Positions 25,001-32,000 of a DNA stretch of 32,000 nucleotides are shown piece by piece (the first letter of the stretch is position 1; every line of letters starts with the position of its first letter). The notes under the pieces are model-generated. The model ran no database searches, was not told the origin of the DNA, and worked only from the letters and a program-made list of their open reading frames with translations. Source of the stretch: Candidatus Methylomirabilis limnetica (GTDB lineage Bacteria > Methylomirabilota > Methylomirabilia > Methylomirabilales > Methylomirabilaceae); NCBI RefSeq assembly GCF_003044035.1, contig NZ_NVQC01000009.1, forward strand, positions 139,022 through 171,021, written 5' to 3'. The translations under genes were made by a program, and so were the position numbers.

Positions 25001-28000
25001 GGATCGCCCCCGTTATCGCCACTGCCGCGATGATCTCTCTGACGCTTTCGAGGCCGGTCGCGCTCGCAGTGGCTGGACCCGTACTGGGCCTCTGGTTTGC
25101 CTCCCCCGCTATCGCCTGGTGGATCAGCCGGCCGCTCGTTCGCCGCGGAGCAAGACTGACGGCTGGCCAGATCATCTTTCTTCAGAAGCTTTCGCGAAAG
25201 ACGTGGGAGTTTTTCGAGACATTCGTCGGCCCGGAAGATCATTGGCTGCCACCTGATAACTATCAGGAGCATCCCGTTGCTGCGGTCGGGCATCGCACGT
25301 CGCCGACCAACATGGGACTTGCGCTCCTCGCGAATTTGTCTGCGTACGACTTCGGCTACATTCCGGCCGGACAACTCATCGAGCGCACGGCGAATGCCCT
25401 CCGCACGATGGAAGCCCTGGAACGGCACCGAGGCCACTTCTATAACTGGTACGACACGCAGTCTCTGAAACCGCTGCCGCCGCTCTACATTTCGACGGTG
25501 GACAGCGGGAACCTCGCGGGCCATCTGCTGACATTGCGGCCGGGTCTGCTCGCGCTTCCCGATCACAAGATCCTGGGGTCGCGATTGTTTGACGGGCTCA
25601 GCGACACACTCAGGATTCTCGTGGACGCTGCGGGAGGCGCCGCTCCGGCCCAACTCGCGGAGCTGCAGAAGGATCTGGCGTCCGCATTCGATTCCCGGCC
25701 AACGACGCTCGCGGCGGCGCGGCTGTGCCTGGACCGTCTGGCGACCTCCGCCGCGGAGGTGGTCGGCGGCTTCGATGCTGACCCCGAGAGCCAAGCGAAG
25801 CGGTGGGCCCGTGCCCTGGCTCGACAATGCCAGGCCGCCCTCGATGAGCTGACGTTTCTCGCTCCATGGATCTTGCTGCCGGCCTCTCAGAATCGGCTCG
25901 GAGAATTTCGCGGTATCGACGAGATCCCAACGCTGCGCGAGCTGGCGAGACTTGAGGAAGAGCTGCTCCCGGCAATCGAGCATCGGCTCGGCTCGGACGC
26001 AACCCCCGAGGAGCGTGAATGGTCTGGTGAGCTTCGACGGCTCATCACGGAGGCAAGCCACCGCGCTAGGGCAAGGATTGCGGCCATCGAACGGCTTGCA
26101 CTGCAATCCAGCGAACTGGCCGGCATGGAGTATGACTTTCTGTTCGATAAGGCGCGTCATCTGCTGGCGATCGGCTACAACGTTGGTGAGCACCGGCGGG
26201 ACTCGAGTTACTACGATCTGCTGGCTTCGGAAGCGAGATTGTGCAGTTTCGTGGCGATTGCGCAGGGACAACTGCCGCAGGAAAGCTGGTTTGCCCTGGG
26301 ACGCCTGCTCACTCACGCCGGTGGAGAGCCGATTCTCCTTTCGTGGAGCGGTTCGATGTTCGAGTACCTCATGCCGCTCCTGGTGATGCCGACCTACGAA
26401 AACACGCTGCTCGACGAGACCTACAAGGCGGCTGTGAAGAGGCAGATCGAGTATGGAGAGAAGCGCGGAGTGCCATGGGGTAGTTCGGAATCCGGCTACA
26501 ACATGATTGACGTTCATCTCAACTACCAGTATCGAGCGTTTGGCGTGCCCGGCCTGGGTCTCAAACGCGGACTAGCCGAGGATTTGGTCATTGCACCGTA
26601 TGCCTCGGCGCTCGCGCTGATGGTGGCGCCCGAGGAGGCGTGCCTGAATCTGCAGCGACTCGCCGCTGAAGGGTTTGAAGGGACATATGGCTTCTATGAA
26701 GCAATCGACTACACTCCTTCGCGTCTGCCGCGTGGAAAATCGAACGCCGTGGTTCGGTCCTTCATGGCACATCACGAGGGCATGAGCCTCCTCTCGCTGG
26801 CCTATCTGCTCCTGGACCGTCCGATGCAGAAGCGATTTGAGTCGGATCCGTTGGTCCAGGCGACCACGCTGCTGCTCCAGGAGCGGATTCCAAAAGCCAC
26901 GGCGTTCTATTCGCACGCCGACGCCGCCGAGTCCTCCGACTTACGTACGACTCCCAGTGGCCTGGAGACGCCGGTGCGCGTTTTCAGCAGCCCGAACACG
27001 CCGATACCGGAAGTGCAGTTGTTGTCGAACGGCAGATACCACGTGATGATCACGAACGCGGGAGGCGGTTACAGCCGCTGGAAGGACATCGCAGTCACAC
27101 GCTGGCGCGAAGACAGCACCTGTGACAACTGGGGCACATTCTGTTACATCCGCGACGTGACGAGCGGGGAGTTCTGGTCAACGGCGTATCAGCCGACGCT
27201 TAAGCAATCGAAGCATTACGAAGCGATTTTCTCGGACGCGCGAGCGGAGTTTCGCTGCCGCAACCACGACTTCGACATGCACACGGAGATCGCCGTTTCG
27301 CCGGAGGATGACATCGAGATGCGCCGAATCACCATCGCCAACCGCTCTCGGACGCGCAGAGCGATCGAAGTAACGAGTTACGCGGAGGTCGTTCTCGCAT
27401 CGTCTGCCGCGGACGCGCTGCATCCGGCGTTCAGCAATCTCTTTGTTCAGACCGAGATCATCCAGGAGCGGCAGGCGATCCTCTGCACTCGCCGGCCCCG
27501 CTCCCCCAACGAACACGCGCCATTGATGTTTCATCTGATGGCCGTGCACGGGGCGGACATCGGAGAAATATCCTATGAGACTGACCGCCTGCGGTTCATC
27601 GGCCGCGGAAACACCGCCGCCAATCCGCAAGCGATGAGCGGTTCCGCAGCGCTCTCGGGCAGCCAGGGCTCCGTGCTCGATCCGATTGTCGCGATCCGGT
27701 ATCGAATCACGCTGGATCCGGAAGAATCGGCGACGATCAATATTGTCTCCGGCATCGGGGACACTCGCGACGTGTGCCTGGGCCTTGTCGAGAAATACCA
27801 GGATCGGCGTCTCGCAGATCGCGTCTTCGAACTGGCGTGGACCCATAGCCAGGTAGTCCTGCGGCAGATCAATGCCACTGAGGCCGACGCGCAACTCTAT
27901 GGACACCTTGCCAGCTCGGTCATCTACGCAAATTCCTCGCTGCGCGCCGACCCGAGCGTCCTCACCAAGAACCGCCACGGGCAGTCCGGTCTGTGGGGCT

Positions 28001-30870
28001 ACTCCATTTCCGGCGACTTGCCGATCGTGCTGCTGCAGATTGCAGACCCAGTCAATATCGATCTGGTACGCCAACTCATCCAGGCTCACGCGTATTGGCG
28101 CCTCAAGGGACTGGCTGTGGACCTGGTGATCTGGAACGAAGATCAGACCGGTTACCGGCAACTTTTGCACGACCAGATCATGGGGCTGATTGCCGCAGGC
28201 ATCGAGGCCAACGTGACCGATCGACCCGGCGGCATCTTTGTAAGACCTGGGGACCAGATATCGAACGAGGACCGTATTCTGCTCCAATCGGTCGCTCGCG
28301 CCGTCATCACCGACACTCGTGGAGCGCTGGCGGAGCAGATCAACCGTCGCGGCACTGTGAAAGCATTGGTCCCTCGCTTAGCGCTGACCCGAACCCGCCG
28401 CGCCGAACCCCCGGCGGCCGCCGCGTTGCCTCGCCACGATCTGATCTTCTTCAACGGGCTGGGAGGATTCACCCCGGATGGACGCGAGTACGTCATTACG
28501 ACCGCGCACGGGCAAGTGACGCCGGCACCGTGGGTGAATGTGCTGGCGAACCCGCACTTCGGGACCGTCATCTCAGAGAGCGGCATGGCCTACACCTGGA
28601 GCGAGAACGCCCACGAGTTCCGCCTCACTCCCTGGTACAACGACCCCGTGGGCGATTCCAGCGGAGAAGCCTTTTACATCCGTGACGAAGAGAGGGGCCA
28701 CTTCTGGTCCCCCACGCCGCTACCCAGCCGCGGAGCGATGCCTTACGCCAGCCGGCACGGCTTCGGCTATAGCGTCTTCGAGCACACGGAGCGCGGCATC
28801 CGCTCAGAGCTGTGGGTGTACGTGGCCCTCGACGCGCCGATCAAGTTTGCGGTGTTGAAAGTGCGAAACGAGTGTGGCCGATCCCGCCGGCTCTCTGCCA
28901 CGGGATACGTGGAATGGGTGCTGGGAGATCTGCGGCCGAAATCGACAATGCACGTGGTCACCGAAGTTGACCCCAACAGCGGAGCGCTCTTCGCGCGGAA
29001 CCCATACAACACGGAGTTCGCCGACCGGGTTGCCTTCTTCGACGTGGACGGTGCGACTCGGACCGTAAGCGGCGACCGGACTGAGTTCCTTGGGCGGAAC
29101 GGCACGCTTCGGAATCCGGCTGCGATGACTCGGTCGCGGCTTTCCGGCAAAGTGGGGGCCGCTTTGGATCCCTGCGCCGCGATCCAAGTTGCATTCGAGC
29201 TAGCCGACGGGCAAGAGCGTGAGTTCATTTTCAGACTCGGCGTGGGGCGAGACGCCGATGACGCCAGCAACCTGGCGCGTCGCTTCCGGGGATCCGCTGC
29301 GGCGCGGGACACGCTCGACGCGGTGTGGCAGTACTGGAAGCACACGCTCGACGCGGTGCAGGTGGAAACACCGGACCAGTCCCTCAACGTGCTTACCAAC
29401 GGATGGCTCGTGTACCAGACGCTCGCATGCCGTCTTTGGGCTCGGAGCGGATACTACCAGTCGGGGGGTGCTTTCGGTTTCCGCGACCAGTTACAGGACG
29501 TGATGGCGCTCATCCACGCCCAGCCGCACCTCGTGCGCGAGCACTTACTCCGCTGCGCGGCCCGTCAGTTCCGGGAGGGAGATGTCCAGCATTGGTGGCA
29601 TCCCCCATCGGGCCGGGGCGTGCGTACACACTGTTCGGATGATTACCTCTGGCTGCCGTTGGCGACGTGCCGCTACGTTCTGAACACAGGGGACACCGGG
29701 GTGTTGGACGAACCCATCCACTTCGTTGAGGGCCGCCCGGTAAACGCGGAGGAGGACTCGTATTACGATCTACCCAGCCGGTCCGAAGAAGCGGCCAGTT
29801 TATACGAGCACTGTGTGCGAGCCATCCTGAGGGGTCTCAGATATGGTGAGCACGGCCTGCCGCTCATGGGCTCAGGCGACTGGAACGACGGCATGAACGC
29901 TGTGGGCGAACACGGCAAAGGTGAAAGTGTCTGGCTGGGATTTTTCCTGTATGACGTGCTTATGCGGTTCATTGAGGTTGCCCGCAGGCATGGTGACGTT
30001 TCCTTCGTCGAACGTTGCCAAAGGGAGGCGGCTCAATTGCGCCAGAATATCGAGCTGAATGGCTGGGACGGCGAGTGGTATCGCCGCGCCTACTTCGACG
30101 ATGGCTCGCCGCTTGGGTCGGCGAGTAACCCCGAATGCCAGATTGATTCGGTTGCGCAAAGCTGGTCTGTGCTCTCCGGGGCGGGCGATGTCGAGCGCTC
30201 GCGCATGGCGATGGACGCGGTGGATGAGCGCCTCGTTCGCCGGGACCATGCGCTGATCCAACTCTTGGATCCGCCATTCGACACGTCGACGTTGAATCCT
30301 GGCTATATAAAGGGGTACGTCCCAGGCGTGAGAGAGAATGGTGGGCAGTACACGCATGGGGCGATCTGGGCGGTGATGGCGTTCGCTGCATTGGGCGACA
30401 GCCGTCGCGCGTGGGAACTGTTGGCCATGATCAACCCCGTGAACCATGCCGGATCTCCGGAGGGAATTGCGACCTATAGGGTAGAACCGTATGTGGTCGC
30501 GGCCGACGTCTATGCGCTCCCGCCGCACACCGGCCACGGTGGCTGGACGTGGTACACGGGCTCGGCCGGCTGGATGTACCGGCTGATCGTGGAATCCCTC
30601 CTCGGGCTGAGGCTGGAAGCGGAGACACTGCGTATTGCTCCGTGCCTCCCTGCGGATTGGAAGGGGTTCACCGTGCGCTACCGGTACCGGGAGACGGTCT
30701 ACCACATCGCCGTCCTACAGACGCTAGGCGGGAATGGCGAGACGAGTGTGACCGTGGATGGCGTCGAGCAACACGACCAGGCGATTCCCCTCGTTGACGA
30801 CCGTCAGGAACACTCCGTCGAGGTGAGCATATCCGCCGCACGCAGTGTGAACACCGTTAACGCAACGTAG
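22042..30870 (+). CDS. cgs: Cyclic beta-1,2-glucan synthase (Cgs/NdvB/ChvB architecture), 2942 aa
   Basis: EWLLDNFYLIEEQIR N-terminal region; TM pairs; GT84-type core with TLDTDTQ (24040-24060) and RRYRWIRGDWQ (24481-24513); a central region with TSPTNMGLALLANLSAYDFGY; a C-terminal GH94-like module with GFRDQLQD (29476-29499) and TGSAGWMYR. The start is uncertain (ATG 22042 or 22105; no SD at either). Confidence 0.9.
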   Translation: MGTQGRESLSRRRSFRAPRLSMKGTSHVKIGSKTIRRTLLHLRAYLRGNALAHKYVGDEPPLRSELFSNDQMEQHGKTLAGSHTLGLGRAPDQLLPRLAENEGVLVGACNLLTAAVKENRRIAPAGEWLLDNFYLIEEQIRTARRYLPKGYSRDLPRLLNGPSAGLPRVYDIALETISHGDGRVDPESLSSFVAAYQTVTALTLGELWAIPIMLRLALIENLRRVGARLAADRTDRNLADYWADQMTETAEKDPKSLILVIADMARSSVPLVSSFVAEFARRLQGQSPALALPLTWIEQRLSESGLTIEQLVQSENQQQAADQVSISNSIGSLRFLEAMDWRKFVEAMSVVEQTLREDPGGVYGQMDFATRDRYRHVVEQIAKSSRLSESEVARKAIQLVHEGAAKNGSDDRAAHVGFYLIDKGLPQLQRMAMVRLSPAMVLQRMSGRFPLLLYLGTITLMTAIVTGSFLATAHASGVRGWLLALTGILSLVCASQLAVALVNWLTTLLATPHLLPRMDFSKGIPPESRALAVIPTLLTSAQDIEDLVEALEVRFLANRDENLHFALLTDFRDAREETIPEDDPLLRLTQKRIEELNEKYRSAKGGTFFLFHRPRRWNPRERMWMGYERKRGKLTDLNSLLRGGSRDCFSLVVGETADFSNVKYVITLDTDTQLPRDSAWQFVGTMAHPLNRARYDEDKQRVVAGYGILQPRMAVSLPATNRSRYARLCGSEPGIDPYTRAVSDVYQDLFHEGSFIGKGIYDVDAFERALNGRFPENRILSHDLLEGCYARAGLLSDVQLYEEYPSCYSADVSRRYRWIRGDWQLARWLLPGVPGPNASRQKNPLSGLSRWKIFDNLRRSLVPSALTLLLLLGWTVLSPLWFWTLAVIGTILIPPLIASTMDLFQKPGDVLLRQHLAAAVRSAGRHFAQAAFTLACLPYEAFFSLDAIVRTAGRLLVTHKRLLEWSPSSDPDRKSRTGLAAFYRMMWIAPVIATAAMISLTLSRPVALAVAGPVLGLWFASPAIAWWISRPLVRRGARLTAGQIIFLQKLSRKTWEFFETFVGPEDHWLPPDNYQEHPVAAVGHRTSPTNMGLALLANLSAYDFGYIPAGQLIERTANALRTMEALERHRGHFYNWYDTQSLKPLPPLYISTVDSGNLAGHLLTLRPGLLALPDHKILGSRLFDGLSDTLRILVDAAGGAAPAQLAELQKDLASAFDSRPTTLAAARLCLDRLATSAAEVVGGFDADPESQAKRWARALARQCQAALDELTFLAPWILLPASQNRLGEFRGIDEIPTLRELARLEEELLPAIEHRLGSDATPEEREWSGELRRLITEASHRARARIAAIERLALQSSELAGMEYDFLFDKARHLLAIGYNVGEHRRDSSYYDLLASEARLCSFVAIAQGQLPQESWFALGRLLTHAGGEPILLSWSGSMFEYLMPLLVMPTYENTLLDETYKAAVKRQIEYGEKRGVPWGSSESGYNMIDVHLNYQYRAFGVPGLGLKRGLAEDLVIAPYASALALMVAPEEACLNLQRLAAEGFEGTYGFYEAIDYTPSRLPRGKSNAVVRSFMAHHEGMSLLSLAYLLLDRPMQKRFESDPLVQATTLLLQERIPKATAFYSHADAAESSDLRTTPSGLETPVRVFSSPNTPIPEVQLLSNGRYHVMITNAGGGYSRWKDIAVTRWREDSTCDNWGTFCYIRDVTSGEFWSTAYQPTLKQSKHYEAIFSDARAEFRCRNHDFDMHTEIAVSPEDDIEMRRITIANRSRTRRAIEVTSYAEVVLASSAADALHPAFSNLFVQTEIIQERQAILCTRRPRSPNEHAPLMFHLMAVHGADIGEISYETDRLRFIGRGNTAANPQAMSGSAALSGSQGSVLDPIVAIRYRITLDPEESATINIVSGIGDTRDVCLGLVEKYQDRRLADRVFELAWTHSQVVLRQINATEADAQLYGHLASSVIYANSSLRADPSVLTKNRHGQSGLWGYSISGDLPIVLLQIADPVNIDLVRQLIQAHAYWRLKGLAVDLVIWNEDQTGYRQLLHDQIMGLIAAGIEANVTDRPGGIFVRPGDQISNEDRILLQSVARAVITDTRGALAEQINRRGTVKALVPRLALTRTRRAEPPAAAALPRHDLIFFNGLGGFTPDGREYVITTAHGQVTPAPWVNVLANPHFGTVISESGMAYTWSENAHEFRLTPWYNDPVGDSSGEAFYIRDEERGHFWSPTPLPSRGAMPYASRHGFGYSVFEHTERGIRSELWVYVALDAPIKFAVLKVRNECGRSRRLSATGYVEWVLGDLRPKSTMHVVTEVDPNSGALFARNPYNTEFADRVAFFDVDGATRTVSGDRTEFLGRNGTLRNPAAMTRSRLSGKVGAALDPCAAIQVAFELADGQEREFIFRLGVGRDADDASNLARRFRGSAAARDTLDAVWQYWKHTLDAVQVETPDQSLNVLTNGWLVYQTLACRLWARSGYYQSGGAFGFRDQLQDVMALIHAQPHLVREHLLRCAARQFREGDVQHWWHPPSGRGVRTHCSDDYLWLPLATCRYVLNTGDTGVLDEPIHFVEGRPVNAEEDSYYDLPSRSEEAASLYEHCVRAILRGLRYGEHGLPLMGSGDWNDGMNAVGEHGKGESVWLGFFLYDVLMRFIEVARRHGDVSFVERCQREAAQLRQNIELNGWDGEWYRRAYFDDGSPLGSASNPECQIDSVAQSWSVLSGAGDVERSRMAMDAVDERLVRRDHALIQLLDPPFDTSTLNPGYIKGYVPGVRENGGQYTHGAIWAVMAFAALGDSRRAWELLAMINPVNHAGSPEGIATYRVEPYVVAADVYALPPHTGHGGWTWYTGSAGWMYRLIVESLLGLRLEAETLRIAPCLPADWKGFTVRYRYRETVYHIAVLQTLGGNGETSVTVDGVEQHDQAIPLVDDRQEHSVEVSISAARSVNTVNAT

Positions 30871-30957
30871 TCCCCATTATTGACCGGATAGCATCCCGAA
30901 CGTCTTGGCTGGCTGCCGGGTCGCGGGTTCACTGTCGAAGGTAAGGAGCGGGTGCGA

Positions 30958-31373
30958 ATGGAGAATATCAGGCAAACCGTGAAGCGCGTGTGGGGCTACG
31001 ACACGCTCCTCCCGTTGCAGGAAGAGGCCATGAGGGCGGTGCTGGCGCGGCGGGACTCCATCGTCATCCTGCCGACGGGAGGCGGGAAGTCGCTCTGCTT
31101 TCAGGCGCCGGCAGCGGCGGCGATGAGGACCTGTTCGAGATGCTCCGTGTCCTCCGTCGGACCATGGCCGCAGAGCGAGGTATCCCACCCTACCTCATCT
31201 TCAGCGACGCCAGCCTGCGTGAGATGACACGAGCACGCCCCACCGCGAAGGACGCCTTCCTGCAGATCAAGGGGGTCGGCCTGCGCAAGCTCCAGGAGCT
31301 TGGCCCGCGCTTTCTGGCCTGCATCCGCGCACACAGAGACGACTCCACAGGCGACACTTCGCCTGTGCCCTGA
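30958..31373 (+). pseudogene. recQ: recQ remnant: N-terminal ~52 codons joined out of frame to the C-terminal HRDC region, helicase core deleted
   Basis: From ATG 30958 (AAGGAG 30943-30948): MENIRQTVKRVWGYDTLLPLQEEAMRAVLARRDSIVILPTGGGKSLCFQAPA (RecQ motifs 0 and I). From about 31122 in another frame: DEDLFEMLRVLRRTMAAERGIPPYLIFSDASLREMTRARPTAKDAFLQIKGVGLRKLQELGPRFL (HRDC). The junction is near 31108-31121. Confidence 0.7.
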
Positions 31374-31393
31374 CCCGCCTAAGCGGCCCCGCG

Positions 31394-32000
31394 CTACGCC
31401 CCCTGAACGCTCCGTGGCTCGGTGGTGGAGCCCGTGCTTCGCCAGCCGGCAGTCCCGTTTACGCGTCCACTCACTGGTCGGCTGAAGGACTTGCCTGTGA
31501 ACGGCTTTGCAGTCACGCGGTGTGGGCGGACTGCGCGAGGGCTCGTGGGGTGCTGCCCCGCGGTCACGCTTGCGGCGGGACCCGCCGTAATCCCTGACGT
31601 AGCACGACGCGCTACATTCGCCTTCGCCCGGACCCGCTCGTCCGCTTTTCGGGTGCGGATAGCCGCAATGCGGTCGGCAAGGGGAACCTCAAAGCGCTCT
31701 GTCGGTGTCTTAGCGTAATTGAACTCCGGGACCTTCTGGCGTGGCAGGCGTGTCCCGATGGCGCGCTCGATGGCGCGCAGAGTGTCCTCTTCGTTCGGTG
31801 AGACGAGGGTGTAGGCCTCGCCTGTCGCATCCATCCGGCCCGTACGTCCGACCCGGTGGATGTAATCCTCTGAGAGCTGCGGAACGTCGAAATTCACGAC
31901 GAGGCCTAACCCCTCCACGTCGATGCCGCGAGCGGCGACGTCGGTCGCGACGAGGACGCGACAGCGTCCCCGCTTGAAGCTGGTCAGGGCGTCGGTCCTT
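31394..32000 (-). CDS. DEAD-box RNA helicase, C-terminal part (N-terminus beyond the window)
   Basis: The reading frame is open to 32000: RTDALTSFKRGRCRVLVATDVAARGIDVEGLGLVVNFDVPQLSEDYIHRVGRTGR (motifs V and VI), followed by a basic low-complexity tail. Confidence 0.9.
   Translation of the reverse strand, partial: RTDALTSFKRGRCRVLVATDVAARGIDVEGLGLVVNFDVPQLSEDYIHRVGRTGRMDATGEAYTLVSPNEEDTLRAIERAIGTRLPRQKVPEFNYAKTPTERFEVPLADRIAAIRTRKADERVRAKANVARRATSGITAGPAASVTAGQHPTSPRAVRPHRVTAKPFTGKSFSRPVSGRVNGTAGWRSTGSTTEPRSVQGA

Noticed and set aside
24646-26517. 623-aa antisense ORF inside the glucan-synthase gene (also 23200-23877, 27178-28287 and 29872-30705 on the minus strand)
   Set aside because: These lie fully within a well-supported sense-strand gene. 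Their translations are Arg/Pro/Gly-rich low-complexity strings typical of stop-poor antisense frames in high-GC DNA. No start context or recognisable motifs.
30877-31188. 103-aa minus-strand ORF over the recQ remnant
   Set aside because: Antisense to clear RecQ N-terminal coding sequence, with an Arg/Pro-rich translation. Artefact.

Overview
High-GC (about 58-62% by eye, not computed) chromosomal segment from a Gram-negative-type bacterium with C1/pterin metabolism genes. Left end: accessory genes of the H4MPT-linked type (hydantoinase-like start, ATP-grasp, HisA/HisF-like, PTPS/QueD-like). Next comes a decayed Calvin-cycle cluster: an 88-codon phosphoribulokinase remnant with Walker-A K->E, followed by intact gap and tkt. 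Then a pterin-4a-carbinolamine dehydratase, a PagL-like outer-membrane protein, a PyrE-like phosphoribosyltransferase, glyQS, a secreted His-rich membrane-anchored protein, LapA-like and CNNM/CorC-type proteins, a GH57 alpha-glucan enzyme translationally coupled to mlaE-mlaF-mlaD, and a cold-shock gene. The right third is a single 8.8-kb gene for a 2942-aa cyclic beta-1,2-glucan synthase (Cgs/NdvB architecture). It is flanked on both sides by gene wreckage: a permease tail, a hydroxylase head, and a recQ whose helicase core is deleted. A partial DEAD-box helicase gene closes the window. Intergenic space holds at least three small repeat families. One is a MITE-like element (126-bp and 234-bp copies), the larger copy nested inside a second element with 17-bp perfect terminal inverted repeats. 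The second is a GC-rich double-hairpin REP-like unit (3 copies). The third is a CAGCGGTCAG motif lying 3-10 nt after three stop codons. I saw no rRNA, tRNA, CRISPR array, integrase or transposase gene. No clearly novel multi-gene system stands out; the most interesting material is the nested repeat structure and the debris-flanked giant gene. All family calls rest on motif recognition by eye and recalled family knowledge; no searches were run.
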